DNA of 47,757 nucleotides from Myxococcota bacterium (GTDB lineage: Bacteria; Myxococcota; XYA12-FULL-58-9; JALHOP01): positions 1-47,757 of the forward strand of contig JBGGMJ010000163.1 of the NCBI GenBank assembly GCA_041288095.1, written 5' to 3'. The notes below the pieces were generated by a model. It saw nothing but the letters and a program-made list of their open reading frames with translations. It was not told the DNA's origin and ran no database searches. How positions within the stretch are numbered: position 1 is the first letter of the stretch; each line of letters begins with the position of its first letter. Positions 27,810 through 38,185 of the stretch are shown here, piece by piece. Both the position numbers and the translations under genes were made by a program.

Positions 27810-28574
27810 TCAAATAGGCGGCATTCCCGGTCCCGCCAGGGGCTTCTGGGGGAAGTAGAGCTTGCGCACGAAGCGGGTGAACACCTGGTCGTTCGACCAC
27901 TGCCGCCGGACGGCCCCGTAAATGCCGGGCGCGGCTCGATCTTTCGCTTCGAAGGCGCTCTGGACCTCGCGCTCGGTGTAAATCGCGAAGGCCTCGTCCA
28001 TGGAGGCGCGCGACCCGAACGTCGGCCGCAGCATGTCGTAAATGCTCGAGCGCTCGGCGTCGCTGAACGCCAGATAGAACACCGCATGGCCGAGCTCGTG
28101 CGCCACCAGTGCCGGCGTGTCACCAAGGCGTTCGCGGCGGACGACGATGCGCGCCTTCGGCCATTCAGGCACGTCCCAAAACACTCCCGCGACGTGAGTG
28201 CTCATGGCCCGCGGTAGGCCGAGCTTGGTGAAGGCCGCACCCGGCGGCGCGATGTCGAGGCGCAAGGGTTTGGCGGCGGCCATTCGTTGCACGAGCGCGG
28301 GATTCCCCGCGAGGAGCTGCGTCGCGTCGCCGCGAACCTGCGCGATCTCGGGGCTGCTTGCGCCGTGACTCTCCAGCTCCAGCGCCGCGACGTATTGCTC
28401 CGCGGATCGGCGCGCGATGTCCGCTTTAGCGGCTGACCGTTCGAAGACATCGCCGCCACGCAAGATCGCGAACGCGGCAAGGGGGTGTTTCTTGGCCAAC
28501 GCCTCGGCGAGGCCCGCGGTCTCCGGGCGCGAGCCGTCCTGGGTCTCGAAGTAGTCGCGAAGCTCGTACGCCAT
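27810..28574 (-). CDS. HExxH zinc metallopeptidase-like protein (MtfA/lethal-factor-like arrangement)
   Basis: VAHELGHAV plus downstream MDEAFA third-ligand motif. Confidence 0.6.
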   Translation of the reverse strand: MAYELRDYFETQDGSRPETAGLAEALAKKHPLAAFAILRGGDVFERSAAKADIARRSAEQYVAALELESHGASSPEIAQVRGDATQLLAGNPALVQRMAAAKPLRLDIAPPGAAFTKLGLPRAMSTHVAGVFWDVPEWPKARIVVRRERLGDTPALVAHELGHAVFYLAFSDAERSSIYDMLRPTFGSRASMDEAFAIYTEREVQSAFEAKDRAAPGIYGAVRRQWSNDQVFTRFVRKLYFPQKPLAGPGMPPI

Positions 28575-29420
28575 TCACAGCGCCTGGAGGGTCTTGTCGA
28601 TGGAGTCGCAGATGCTCTCGAGAGGCAGATCGTTCGAATCCTTGCCGAAGGGATCTTCGATCTCGACCCCGATCTCCTCGATGCCGAAGAGCACGAAGGC
28701 GATCAGCGCGGAGGCGACGACACTCCAGAAGTGCATCGGCTTCACGAGCACGAACGGCAGCGTCATGCAGTAGATGAGCAGGGCGCGACGCAGGTGCACG
28801 ACATACGCGAAGGGAAGTGGCGTCTTGTGGATGCGCTCGCAAGCACCGACGTGATCGATGAGCTGTGCCACCAGGCCGTCGAGCTGCATCTGCTGGATGT
28901 CCGAGACGAGTCCGCGATCGCGGGCGTCTTTCAAGGCCCGGCTCATACGGAGCGCCACCGCCAGAGGCGGATGCTGCGCGACCAACACCTGAGCCTCCTC
29001 GGCGGGAGTGAGACCCACCGGCAACGCCGCCTTGCTGCCGCGGAGCTGATGCATGCACGCATATGGAAAAGCTCGGGCCCACAGGCACAACTCGTCGTAC
29101 GCCTTGTCTCGGGGAAAGAGGGCCGCGGCACCGCGCACGAGGTTGCGCGACGCATTGACGATGCCCCCCCAGAGCTTTCGACCTTCCCAGAAGCGGTCAT
29201 AAGAGGCGTTCGTGCGGAACACCAAGAGCAGTCCGAGCGCGACCCCGACCAAGGTGTGTGGTGTCGCCGGCGCATCGACCTCGTAACCGTACTCCGCCGC
29301 GACCGCGACGCCGGCCGCTACCGCCGTGCAAACGAGGATTCGCGACAAGAGCTCGGTCAACATCGAGCCCCGCACGGCGAAGAAGGTCGCCCACCAGTCG
29401 TGCGGATCGTAGTCGATCAT
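28575..29420 (-). CDS. Bestrophin family anion channel (YneE-like)
   Basis: LLVFRTNASYDRFWEGRKLWG, CERIHKTPLP, IEDPFG.D.NDLPL. Confidence 0.95.
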   Translation of the reverse strand: MIDYDPHDWWATFFAVRGSMLTELLSRILVCTAVAAGVAVAAEYGYEVDAPATPHTLVGVALGLLLVFRTNASYDRFWEGRKLWGGIVNASRNLVRGAAALFPRDKAYDELCLWARAFPYACMHQLRGSKAALPVGLTPAEEAQVLVAQHPPLAVALRMSRALKDARDRGLVSDIQQMQLDGLVAQLIDHVGACERIHKTPLPFAYVVHLRRALLIYCMTLPFVLVKPMHFWSVVASALIAFVLFGIEEIGVEIEDPFGKDSNDLPLESICDSIDKTLQAL

Positions 29421-29537
29421 CTACAGCTCATCTCATAACCCGCATTGAGGAGATTTGCAGCGCTGGCGGGTTATGAGCTGCGCTGTCGCCTTCGGCGCGT
29501 GTTTCGCTTCGCTAGCTGGCCGCCACTTGAGGCGGCA

Positions 29538-29876
29538 CTATCCGTCCAGGTTGATCCGAATACGCGTGGTACCGTCTTCGCGTCCAGCTTCGGCGGCGGC
29601 GCTGTCGACGACATTCTGGCCCTGGCGGGCTTCGACCTCGACGCGCAACCTCTCCGGGGTCTCCTCCCCGATCTCGAAGAGCACGGCGGCGGGAAAGGCG
29701 CTGGTCAAGCGCACCACGATGCTCCGCAAGATGTCGGTCTCATCGACATCGCTTACGGTGATGCGGAGCGAGTCCACCTCGGTCGGAACGATGCGGCGCG
29801 ACTGCACATCGACGACGAGGTCGTCGGCGCCGCAAGCACTGGTCGCGAGAACCGCTATGACGGTCAGCAGTCTCAC
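29538..29876 (-). CDS. Small putative lipoprotein
   Basis: GTGA-coupled start; MRLLTVIAVLATSAC lipobox-like sequence; beta-rich body. Confidence 0.7.
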   Translation of the reverse strand: MRLLTVIAVLATSACGADDLVVDVQSRRIVPTEVDSLRITVSDVDETDILRSIVVRLTSAFPAAVLFEIGEETPERLRVEVEARQGQNVVDSAAAEAGREDGTTRIRINLDG

Positions 29877-30361
29877 GGCAGGGCGTAGGGTCCGTAGTCG
29901 TGCTCGGGAGCGTGGTTGCTCGCGGCGATGCCGACGGCGACGATACTGCCCACGACCAAGGCGCCGACACCCGCCCAGAACCACCACTGTTTGGTCACGG
30001 GCGGCGCCGGCTTCACACCCATGGCGTCCCGCGCGGAGAGTGCGTCCTCGAACGCCAGGCGGATCTTGGGAGCGCTGCCGTCCGGCAGTTGGTAGCGCGG
30101 CTCGTACGCCAGGACCTCGAGAAAGCCGTTGCGAGCGAGCACCGGGCGTTCGTAGATGGCATGCATCACGGCCGTGAGCTCACGACGTCGCTGCTCCTCC
30201 TCGGGAGTCAGGGTTTCCCGGCCGGCCCTCGCCAACAGGGGCATTACTTGGTCGAAGTCGAGGGCCGCATAGGCTTGCTCGGCCTGGGCCAGCGACAGGC
30301 TACCGGCGAACGCGAGCGTCGGCGCTACGAACAGCAGCGTTGCCAGGGCCAGGGGGCGCAT
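29873..30361 (-). CDS. Secreted TPR-like protein with a C-terminal WWFW-TM segment (myxobacterial type)
   Basis: Signal peptide (LAFA), helical repeat, SAPKI motif, PVTKQWWFWAGVGALVVG. Confidence 0.7.
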   Translation of the reverse strand: MRPLALATLLFVAPTLAFAGSLSLAQAEQAYAALDFDQVMPLLARAGRETLTPEEEQRRRELTAVMHAIYERPVLARNGFLEVLAYEPRYQLPDGSAPKIRLAFEDALSARDAMGVKPAPPVTKQWWFWAGVGALVVGSIVAVGIAASNHAPEHDYGPYALP

Positions 30362-30405
30362 AGAGGCGCTTCATATCGAGGTTTCTGCACGGGTGCCAAT
30401 GCGGC

Positions 30406-30411
30406 TACACT
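30406..30411 (+). promoter_or_regulatory. -10 element of a leaderless kinase transcript
   Basis: TACACT-7 nt-ATG(30419); no SD. Confidence 0.55.
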
Positions 30412-30418
30412 CCCCGCC

Positions 30419-32176
30419 ATGGAGCGCAGCCAGTTCGGCCGATACGTGCTCGAGGAGCGCCTCGCCGTCGGCGGCATGGCGGAGCTCTTCCTCGCGAGCA
30501 TGGCTGGACCCGGCGGCTTCAAGAAATCCGTCGTGGTGAAGCGCCTGAACGCGAAGCTCGCGCAGCGCGACCAAACGGTGGCCATGTTCCTGCGCGAGGC
30601 GCGCCTCGCCGGCCGCTTCAAGCACCACAACCTCATCCAGGTGTACGAGCTCTTCGATGTCGACGGGCAATACGCCCTGGCCATGGAGCACCTAGAGGGC
30701 GTCGATCTGGGCCAAGTGCTCGCTCGCTCGGTGCAGAGCAAAGTGACGATTCCCGACGCCGTCGTCGCTCGAATCATCGCCGGCGCCGCGGCCGGCCTGC
30801 ACGCCGCGCACGAGCTTCGCGATGACGACTGGCGCTCGCTGGCCGTGGTGCATCGCGATGTATCGCCGACCAACGTGTTCGTGACCTGGCAGGGAGTGGT
30901 CAAGGTCGTGGACTTCGGCATCGCCACCGCGCGTGACGAGCTGGAGCTGACGCGAGCCGGCGTCCTCAAGGGGAAGATCGGCTACATGGCCCCCGAGCAA
31001 GCGCGTGGCATGACCGTCGATCGGCGCACCGACGTCTATGCGCTGGGCATCGTGCTCTATGAGCTGGTGACGCGGCGCCGCTGCTATGCGGGCGAAGATC
31101 AACTCGAGCTCTTGAACCGCGTGCGCGAAGGCAAACACACGCCGCTGACCGCGCTCAGGCCGGATTGCGATCCGGACCTCGCACGTCTGTGCGAGCAGAT
31201 GCTCTCCGTCGCGGTCGATGCACGGCCGGAGAGCTGCGATGCGGTGCGGCGGGAAGCCGGGCGGATCGCCAGCGTGCTCGGCAGCACCGGCGATGACGAC
31301 GTGGCGGCGATGGCGCGCGGCTTGTTTCCCGACGCACGGCCGAGTGACCTGCGGCGGCCGCCGACGGCGATGCGGGATATCCTGCTCGGGGAACGGACGC
31401 CGACACCGGCGAGCAAGTCGACGCGCACCGTGGTGGTGGGCGCGGCGTTGATGGCGGCGGTGTTGATCGTGGTGGGGATTGCGGCTTGGTATGAGCCGGA
31501 GGCGGAGATACCGACCGCCGACACGCGGATTGCAGAGAAGCCGATTGCCGAGAAGCCGATTGCCGAGAAACCGATTGTCGAGAAGCCGATTGCCGATAGG
31601 CCGATCGCCGATGGACCGATCGCCGATGGGCCGATGGCCGATGAGCCGATGGCCGACAAGCCGATTGCGGACAAGCCGATTGCCGCCAAACCGATCGCGG
31701 ATCCAGTGAAGCCCCCTGCCGTCGGCACGCGCCCTCCTCCTCCCCGCCGTCCCGACGTCGACAGGACCGCGCGCCTCTTCCTCTCGAGCGTCCCCGACGC
31801 CAATGTCTCGGTGAACGGCACTCCGCTCGGGCGGACTCCCATCACCGACAAGCGCATCGATGCCGGCCGCTGGACCATCCGCCTACGCGACGAGAAGTCC
31901 AGCTTCGACACGACCGTGCGGCTCAACACCAAGCCCGGCGACAGCGTTCGCAAGGAGCTCGTCTTCCGCACCGGACACGTCGTCGTCGACGCTCAGCCGT
32001 GGGCCGACGTTTACCTTGGGGGCAAGAAGCTCGGCAGCACGCCGCTGCCACCGACCCAATTGTACGAAGGCGTCTATTCCTTGCGCTTGGTCAACCCGGA
32101 GCTGCATAGCGAGCGCATCGTGTCGGTCACGGTGAGCCCAGGTCGGACGAGCAAGGTGACCGAAGTCTTGAAGTAG
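30419..32176 (+). CDS. Transmembrane Ser/Thr protein kinase with pentapeptide-repeat linker and PEGA domains
   Basis: LAVGGMAE, VVVKR, HRDVSPTN, DFGIA, GYMAPEQ, DVYALG; TM helix; two LGxTP PEGA-like units. Confidence 0.93.
   Translation: MERSQFGRYVLEERLAVGGMAELFLASMAGPGGFKKSVVVKRLNAKLAQRDQTVAMFLREARLAGRFKHHNLIQVYELFDVDGQYALAMEHLEGVDLGQVLARSVQSKVTIPDAVVARIIAGAAAGLHAAHELRDDDWRSLAVVHRDVSPTNVFVTWQGVVKVVDFGIATARDELELTRAGVLKGKIGYMAPEQARGMTVDRRTDVYALGIVLYELVTRRRCYAGEDQLELLNRVREGKHTPLTALRPDCDPDLARLCEQMLSVAVDARPESCDAVRREAGRIASVLGSTGDDDVAAMARGLFPDARPSDLRRPPTAMRDILLGERTPTPASKSTRTVVVGAALMAAVLIVVGIAAWYEPEAEIPTADTRIAEKPIAEKPIAEKPIVEKPIADRPIADGPIADGPMADEPMADKPIADKPIAAKPIADPVKPPAVGTRPPPPRRPDVDRTARLFLSSVPDANVSVNGTPLGRTPITDKRIDAGRWTIRLRDEKSSFDTTVRLNTKPGDSVRKELVFRTGHVVVDAQPWADVYLGGKKLGSTPLPPTQLYEGVYSLRLVNPELHSERIVSVTVSPGRTSKVTEVLK
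31526..31705 (+). repeat. 12 x 15-bp coding tandem repeat (CCGATyGCCGAnnnG-like; P-I/M-A-D/E-x)
   Basis: RIAEK PIAEK PIAEK PIVEK PIADR PIADG PIADG PMADE PMADK PIADK PIAAK PIADP. Confidence 0.92.
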
Positions 32177-32178
32177 TC

Positions 32179-33039
32179 TTGAACCGTCTCCTTGCGTTCG
32201 CGCTCATCACTCTCGCAGCCGGCTCGGCAGGCGCACAGTCGCGCCAAGACCGCGCCTACATCGCGCAAACTCTGCTCGGTGGGACGACGCGATCGGCGAG
32301 CACCGAGCTGGCCCTGGGCACCCCGCCGCTCCGGCTCACGGATCAATTCCTGGTGGGCGCGTCGATCTATGCGCGCCGCACCTGGCTAGAGGGCGCCGAT
32401 CCCGGCGACGGTGGCACCTTCGTCGGCAACGATCTCCAGGTCGGCCTGCTCTTGCTCGTGCCACTGAACGAGCGCTGGACGCTGAGCCTGGTGCCGGTGG
32501 CCGCGGGCCGATTCACCAGCGATGCCGACTTCCGGGTCCCCCGCGACCTCACCATCGCGGGCGTCGCCCTGGCGAGCTACGCCGTCTCGGGCAACCGCGA
32601 CTTCGTGGTGAGCTTCGGGTTGCTCTTCACCAACACCTTGCCTTTCTCCCCGGTGATTCCGATCGCCGGCCTGCGCTGGTCCAACGAATATTGGCGTGTC
32701 GAGGCGCTCTGGCCCCAACCGCAGGCGGTCCGTAGGGTAGGCGAGCGCTTCGAGGTGGGCGTCGCCCTGCGCTTCGACTATCCGCTATATCGGATTGTCG
32801 ACGTCGCGGTCGCCGACGGCACCGCCGCATACGCGCGGCTCACGAACCACTACTTCGGCGGCATCATCGCGGCGCGGCTGGTCTCGGACCTGTGGCTCGC
32901 CGCCAAGCCGGCGGTCAACCTCGGCCGGGTGGTGCGGCTCGCCGACGATGACCGCGACAACCTCGACGGTGGGCGCCAATCGCTCGATGCCGCGCCCGCC
33001 ATCACGTTCATCTTGAGCTGGCGCGGCGGTCGGCGGTAG
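32179..33039 (+). CDS. Outer-membrane beta-barrel protein (DUF6268-like)
   Basis: Signal peptide (AGA/Q), alternating amphipathic strands, PVIPIAGLRW..W..EALWP pattern, C-terminal LSW. Confidence 0.65.
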   Translation: MNRLLAFALITLAAGSAGAQSRQDRAYIAQTLLGGTTRSASTELALGTPPLRLTDQFLVGASIYARRTWLEGADPGDGGTFVGNDLQVGLLLLVPLNERWTLSLVPVAAGRFTSDADFRVPRDLTIAGVALASYAVSGNRDFVVSFGLLFTNTLPFSPVIPIAGLRWSNEYWRVEALWPQPQAVRRVGERFEVGVALRFDYPLYRIVDVAVADGTAAYARLTNHYFGGIIAARLVSDLWLAAKPAVNLGRVVRLADDDRDNLDGGRQSLDAAPAITFILSWRGGRR

Positions 33040-33047
33040 CGTTCCTC

Positions 33048-33947
33048 ATGCAGACTTCCGAGCTCGAGATCCGGCTCGACGGCAGCGACGTCAGCCGCCG
33101 CGTCATCATCGGCGGCGACGCGCTCCTCGGCGACTTGCACGCTCTCGTGCAGACCTCCATGGGCTGGAACGACACCGCCTTCCACAGCTTCGAGACCGGT
33201 GGCGCGACCTACGGGGACCTCGATGACGAGGACTTCGTCGACGGTCATCCCGACGCCCAACACGAAGACGACGTGAGCGTGGGAGAGGCGTTCCAAAACA
33301 GCAAGCAGCTCAAGTACCGCTACGGCTCCTGGACGCACACCATCGGTCTCATCGGCACCTCCGACCGCGATAGCGAACGGCCCGCTTGTCTCGACGGGCG
33401 CGGCGCGTGTCCCGGTGATCCAGAGGGCGAGCCGGAGGTCGCCTGGAACCGCGAGCAAGCAAACGCCCGCATCGCCGAGACCTTCGTCGACATTCCCGAG
33501 TATGACGCCGACGCGCCGCAAGAGCCCGCCATCTGGCGCGGTGTCGAGCTCGACGCCATGTTGCCCCCGGTCTTCGACTATCTCGAGCGTCGCGCCGAGG
33601 ACGACCCGGGTGACGCGCGCATCTTGCGGGCGCATCTCCAGGTCCTCGCGGAAGCCATGATCGCCGACGGAGACGCGCCGGAGCTCACCCACGCCGTTGG
33701 ACGCTTCACCAAGGGCGGCATGCGCCGCGCCGAAGCCGTGGACGCCATGGTCGCGCTCATGTGCGACTACCCGGAGGTGCTCGACCACGACGCCGAGGGC
33801 GCCTTCGACGACTATCTCGCGGCGGTGGACGCCTACGACGTCGCCACCTTCAAGCAGCGCTTTCCCGGTTCGGCCGCCGGCGCCGTAGCAGCTCTCGCGG
33901 CCAAGATCGCCTCGCGCGACCCCGGCAAGAAAGCAAAGCGGAACTGA
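33048..33947 (+). CDS. pRiA4b ORF-3-like domain fused to a DUF1841-like helical domain
   Basis: RRVII..L.DLH..VQ..MGW....H.F, WTHTI, PACLDGRGACP; C-terminal HLQVLAEAMIADGD..R....G..R.EA. Confidence 0.6.
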   Translation: MQTSELEIRLDGSDVSRRVIIGGDALLGDLHALVQTSMGWNDTAFHSFETGGATYGDLDDEDFVDGHPDAQHEDDVSVGEAFQNSKQLKYRYGSWTHTIGLIGTSDRDSERPACLDGRGACPGDPEGEPEVAWNREQANARIAETFVDIPEYDADAPQEPAIWRGVELDAMLPPVFDYLERRAEDDPGDARILRAHLQVLAEAMIADGDAPELTHAVGRFTKGGMRRAEAVDAMVALMCDYPEVLDHDAEGAFDDYLAAVDAYDVATFKQRFPGSAAGAVAALAAKIASRDPGKKAKRN

Positions 33948-34853
33948 GTGACTGCCCGCTTCCTCTCCTACCCGTTGCGCTTGTCGACGCGCTTCGAGAC
34001 TTTCGCGTCGACGCCGGTGCACATGGAGATGCTGCGTGACACGACGCGTTCGCTGACCTTCCAGCGCGCCATCAACGCCGTCGTCAAACCCGGCGTGCGG
34101 GTTCTCGACATCGGCGCCGGCTCGGGCATCCTAGGGCTGTGGGCGCTGACCGCCGGCGCTGCCCACCTCGACGCCATCGACGCCACCGACATCGGCGGCA
34201 CCTTGATGCGCACGTTCGCCGCCAACGGGTTCAGCGGACGCGCCGAGGCGCACATCGGCCACTCCGGCTCGGTGACGCTGAAGGAGCCGGCCGACGTCGT
34301 CATCGCCGAGGTGCTCGGCCACTTCGGCATCGACGAGGGGATCCTCGCGACCTGCGCTGATGCGCGACAGCGGCTCGCGAAGCCCGGCGCCGTGTTCATC
34401 CCGGCGCGGGTCGATGTCATCGCCTGGCCCGTCTGGGTGCCCGACTTCGAGAATGATCTCGTCGCCTTCTGGCGGCACAAGCCTTACGCCTACGAGCTCG
34501 ACGCGATGGGCGAGCTCTCGCGCCAAGCGACCTATGCCTGCAACGAGCACGACGGCCAGCGCATCGCCGCCAGCGCGGTGCTCGCGTCGTACGACGTCGG
34601 CGCGCCGCCACCCACTCGCTTCGCGGGTCGCGCGAGCTTCAACGTCGACTTCAAGAGCGACTGGAACGGTTTCTTCTTGAGCTTCACCGCCGACCTTGGC
34701 GCGGGTATCAGCCTCGATGGCTTCCGCACCCACAGCTGGAAGACGGTGTTCCTCCCCGCCCCCAAGATGACGAGCCTCGCTAAAGGCTCGGTCGTCACCT
34801 TGGAGATCGGCGAGGAAGCGGACGGCAGCGTCCGCTATAGCGCTACGCCCTAG
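33948..34853 (+). CDS. SAM-dependent methyltransferase, protein-arginine methyltransferase (PRMT)-like
   Basis: HMEMLRD..R..FQRAI, VLDIGAGSGILG, ADVVIAE..G....EG double-E loop, THSW. Confidence 0.8.
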   Translation: MTARFLSYPLRLSTRFETFASTPVHMEMLRDTTRSLTFQRAINAVVKPGVRVLDIGAGSGILGLWALTAGAAHLDAIDATDIGGTLMRTFAANGFSGRAEAHIGHSGSVTLKEPADVVIAEVLGHFGIDEGILATCADARQRLAKPGAVFIPARVDVIAWPVWVPDFENDLVAFWRHKPYAYELDAMGELSRQATYACNEHDGQRIAASAVLASYDVGAPPPTRFAGRASFNVDFKSDWNGFFLSFTADLGAGISLDGFRTHSWKTVFLPAPKMTSLAKGSVVTLEIGEEADGSVRYSATP

Positions 34854-34858
34854 GTCGA

Positions 34859-35908
34859 CTACAGCGTCTTCATGTCGATGACGAAGCGGTACTTCACGTC
34901 CTGCTTCAGCATGCGCTCGTAAGCATCGTTGATCTTCTCCATCGGGATCTTCTCGATGTCCGACGTGATGCCGTGCTTGCCGCAGAAGTCGAGCATCTCC
35001 TGCGTCTCCTTGATGCCGCCGATGAGCGAGCCCGCGAGGCTCTTGCGGCCGAAGATCATGTGGAAGATCGTCGGCGACGGATGCGGGTGCTCGGGTGCGC
35101 CGACCAGCACCAGCGTGCCGTCGCGCTTCAAGCAAGCGATTTCCGGGTCGAGATTGTGCGCCGCCGACACCGTGTCGATGATGAGATCGAGCTGCCCGGC
35201 CATCTTCGTCATGGCCTCGGCGTCCTTCGACACGACCACTTCCTTGGCACCGAGTCGCAGGCCGTCTTCCCGCTTGTTGGGCGAGCTGGTGAAGAGCACG
35301 ACGTGGGCGCCGAGCGCCGCGCCGAGCTTCACGCCCATGTGTCCGAGACCACCAAGGCCGACGATGCCGACCTTCTTGCCCGGGCCGGCGCCCCAGTGCT
35401 TGAGCGGCGACCAGGTGGTGATGCCGGCGCACAAGAGCGGCGCCGCGCCGGCGAGGTCCAACCCCTTCGGCATGCGGAGGACGAACTTCTCGTCGACGAC
35501 GACCTTGTCCGAGTAGCCGCCCAGCGTGTTGTCGCCGGTCTTGCGGTCGGGCGCGTTGTACGTGCCGGTGAAGCCGCGCTCGCAGAACTGCTCGAGACCG
35601 TCACTGCAAGCGGAGCACTCGCGGCAGGAGTCGACCATGCAGCCGACGCCGACGAGGTCGCCCTTCTTGAAGCTCTTCACGGAAGCGCCGACGGCACCGA
35701 CGGTACCGACGATCTCGTGCCCAGGCACGCACGGGTAAATGGTCCCACCACCCCATTCGTTACGGACGGTGTGGAGGTCGGAGTGGCAGACGCCGCAGAA
35801 AGCGATGTCGACCTGAACGTCGTTGGGGCGCAAATCACGGCGTTGGATTTGCAACGGAGCCATGGGGCTCTTGGCATTGGCGGCGGCGAAGGCTTTGGTT
35901 GGCAGCAT
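34859..35908 (-). CDS. Zn-dependent NAD(P)-dependent alcohol dehydrogenase (CAD/YahK family)
   Basis: CGVCHSD, GHEIVG, C..C..C.......C Zn site, [30 protein letters not shown]. Confidence 0.95.
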   Translation of the reverse strand: MLPTKAFAAANAKSPMAPLQIQRRDLRPNDVQVDIAFCGVCHSDLHTVRNEWGGGTIYPCVPGHEIVGTVGAVGASVKSFKKGDLVGVGCMVDSCRECSACSDGLEQFCERGFTGTYNAPDRKTGDNTLGGYSDKVVVDEKFVLRMPKGLDLAGAAPLLCAGITTWSPLKHWGAGPGKKVGIVGLGGLGHMGVKLGAALGAHVVLFTSSPNKREDGLRLGAKEVVVSKDAEAMTKMAGQLDLIIDTVSAAHNLDPEIACLKRDGTLVLVGAPEHPHPSPTIFHMIFGRKSLAGSLIGGIKETQEMLDFCGKHGITSDIEKIPMEKINDAYERMLKQDVKYRFVIDMKTL

Positions 35909-36002
35909 TTTCGAGGTTCCTTTTTTGGGGCGGGTGCACGTTGGTACCTCCGCGACCTCCGCGCAAGCACTTCGGAGCCTTCTCGTGTTAAGGAGGCCCG
36001 GC

Positions 36003-36938
36003 ATGTCTGGTTCCGATGCCATCATCACGGTCGAAAACCTTTCGAAAACCTATGCTTCCGGCGTTCGCTCCCTCGATGACGTGAGCCTCGAGATTCGTCG
36101 CGGAGAGATCCTCGCGCTGCTCGGTCCGAACGGCGCCGGCAAGACGACGCTCATCAACATCGTCTGCGGCATCGTCAAGCCGACGTCGGGAACTGTCCGC
36201 GTTGACGGACACGATGTGATGCGCTCCTTTCGCGGCGCCCGCAAGCTCATAGGTCTCGTACCGCAAGAGCTCGCGACCGACGCTTTCGAGTCGGTATGGT
36301 CGACGGTGCGTTTCAGCCGCGGCTTGTTCGGGAAGCCCGATAACCCGGCGCACCTCGAGAAGGTGCTGCGCGACCTATCGTTGTGGGACAAGAAGGACGC
36401 GAAGATCATGACGCTTTCGGGCGGCATGAAGCGGCGCGTGCTCATCGCCAAAGCCTTGGCGCACGAGCCGCGGATCTTGTTTCTCGACGAGCCGACCGCG
36501 GGTGTCGACGTCAACTTGCGGCGCGACATGTGGGCCATGGTGCGTAAGCTCCGTGAAAGCGGAGTCACGATCATCCTGACGACGCACTACATCGAGGAAG
36601 CGCAGGAGATGGCCGATCGCATCGGCATCATCAACAAGGCAAAGCTCCTCTTCATCGAAGACAAGGCGCAGCTCATGCGCAAGCTCGGCAAGAAAGAGCT
36701 CGCCATGCAGCTACAAGCGCCGCTGACAGCCGTGCCCGAGGCCCTTGCCGGCAGGAAGCTGACGCTCGGCGACGGTGGCAACTCGCTCATCTACACCTAC
36801 GACAGCAACGCAGCGGACACGGGCATCGCCGGCTTGCTCGACGAAGTCGAGCGCTCGGGCATCGTCTTCACCGATCTGCGCTCCCGTGAAAGCTCGCTCG
36901 AGGACATCTTCATCGACTTGGTGAAGGAGAGATCGTGA
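36003..36938 (+). CDS. ABC transporter ATP-binding protein (YadG-like)
   Basis: [40 protein letters not shown]. Confidence 0.95.
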   Translation: MSGSDAIITVENLSKTYASGVRSLDDVSLEIRRGEILALLGPNGAGKTTLINIVCGIVKPTSGTVRVDGHDVMRSFRGARKLIGLVPQELATDAFESVWSTVRFSRGLFGKPDNPAHLEKVLRDLSLWDKKDAKIMTLSGGMKRRVLIAKALAHEPRILFLDEPTAGVDVNLRRDMWAMVRKLRESGVTIILTTHYIEEAQEMADRIGIINKAKLLFIEDKAQLMRKLGKKELAMQLQAPLTAVPEALAGRKLTLGDGGNSLIYTYDSNAADTGIAGLLDEVERSGIVFTDLRSRESSLEDIFIDLVKERS

Positions 36939-37696
36939 ACCTCTACGCCATTCGCGCCATCTATCGTTTCGAGATGGCGCGCACCTTCCGCACCGTCACC
37001 CAGAGCATCGTCGCGCCCGTGCTCACGACGTCGCTCTACTTCGTGGTCTTCGGCTCGGCGATCGGCGGCCGTGTCGGCGGCATCGAGGGCGTGAGCTACG
37101 GGGCCTTCATCATCCCGGGGCTCGTGATGTTGTCGATGCTGTCCGAAAGCATCTCCAACGGTTCCTTTGGCATCTTCTTGCCCAAGTGGTCGGGCACCAT
37201 CTTCGAGCTGCTGTCGGCGCCGGTCGCGCCGATCGAGGCGATCATCGGCTACGTCGGCGCCGCGGCCTCGAAGTCGCTGATGCTCGGCGTGCTGATGCTG
37301 GCTACAGCGCGCTTTTTCGTGGCCTACGAGATCCATCATCCGTTCTGGATGGTGGGCTTCTTGATCTTGACCGCTATAACGGCCAGCACCTTTGGCTTCA
37401 TCATCGGCATCTGGGCCGACAGCTTCCAGAAGCTGCAGGTCATCCCAGTGCTCGTGGTGACGCCCCTCACCTTCCTAGGTGGCAGCTTCTATTCCATCTC
37501 GATGCTGCCGCCGATCTGGCAGAAGATCACGCTCGCGAATCCGGTCGTCTATCTGGTGAACGGATTCCGCTGGAGCTTCTATGGCGTATCGGATTTCGCC
37601 GTCGGTACGAGCTTCGCCGTCATCATGTCGCTGCTGGCGGCGTGTTTTCTTCTCATCTGGCGGATCTTCGTCACCGGCTACAAGCTGAAGGCCTGA
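36935..37696 (+). CDS. ABC-2 type transporter permease (YadH-like)
   Basis: [42 protein letters not shown] coupling. Confidence 0.93.
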   Translation: MNLYAIRAIYRFEMARTFRTVTQSIVAPVLTTSLYFVVFGSAIGGRVGGIEGVSYGAFIIPGLVMLSMLSESISNGSFGIFLPKWSGTIFELLSAPVAPIEAIIGYVGAAASKSLMLGVLMLATARFFVAYEIHHPFWMVGFLILTAITASTFGFIIGIWADSFQKLQVIPVLVVTPLTFLGGSFYSISMLPPIWQKITLANPVVYLVNGFRWSFYGVSDFAVGTSFAVIMSLLAACFLLIWRIFVTGYKLKA

Positions 37697-37701
37697 TAGC
37701 G

Positions 37702-38151
37702 ATGAGCGAATCGTGCTCGATGTGCGCGGCTCTCGAGAAAGAGCGTCCGCTTTGGCAGAATGATCTCTGGGCCGTGCGGCATATCGAAGCCCCTTGGGGG
37801 CTCGCCGGTTGGATGCAGATGGTCGCGAAGCGCCACGTTACCGCGCTCGCCGCCATGAACGACGCCGAGAGCGCGAGCTTCGGACCGACCCTGCGCTGGC
37901 TCGAGAAGACGCTGCTCGAAGTGAGCGGCGCCGAGCGCATTTACACGGCGGCGCTAGGCGAGGCCGTGCCGCACCTCCACGTCCATATGGTGCCGCGCTA
38001 CGTCACCATGCCGAAGGGCGCCAAGGGCTGGCCTGTCTTCGACCTGCAGCGTGCCGGCAAAGTCGGAGAGATCGTCGTCCCGAGCGACCGCGTCGAGAAG
38101 ATCAGCCGCGCGTTTGCCGCGGCGCTGAGCCAACCGCCACGACGACGCTGA
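37702..38151 (+). CDS. HIT family protein
   Basis: CxxC, KRHV, VPHLHVHMVPRY histidine triad. Confidence 0.88.
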   Translation: MSESCSMCAALEKERPLWQNDLWAVRHIEAPWGLAGWMQMVAKRHVTALAAMNDAESASFGPTLRWLEKTLLEVSGAERIYTAALGEAVPHLHVHMVPRYVTMPKGAKGWPVFDLQRAGKVGEIVVPSDRVEKISRAFAAALSQPPRRR

Positions 38152-38185
38152 GCGGAGATCCGCCCACGCCTTGCAACCCAGCTCG

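Noticed and set aside
25238..27817. 859-aa + strand ORF
   Set aside because: Antisense to the OmpA-family gene; its Val/Gly richness mirrors the Asp/Thr codons on the coding strand.
31099..31971. - strand ORF with SAIGx repeats; repeat region considered as a CRISPR array
   Set aside because: Reverse reading of the kinase linker repeat; contiguous 15-bp units with no spacers and no cas genes.
33048..33947. pRiA4b ORF-3 domain as a sign of a plasmid or IS element
   Set aside because: No transposase, inverted repeats or compositional shift; the domain is common on chromosomes.
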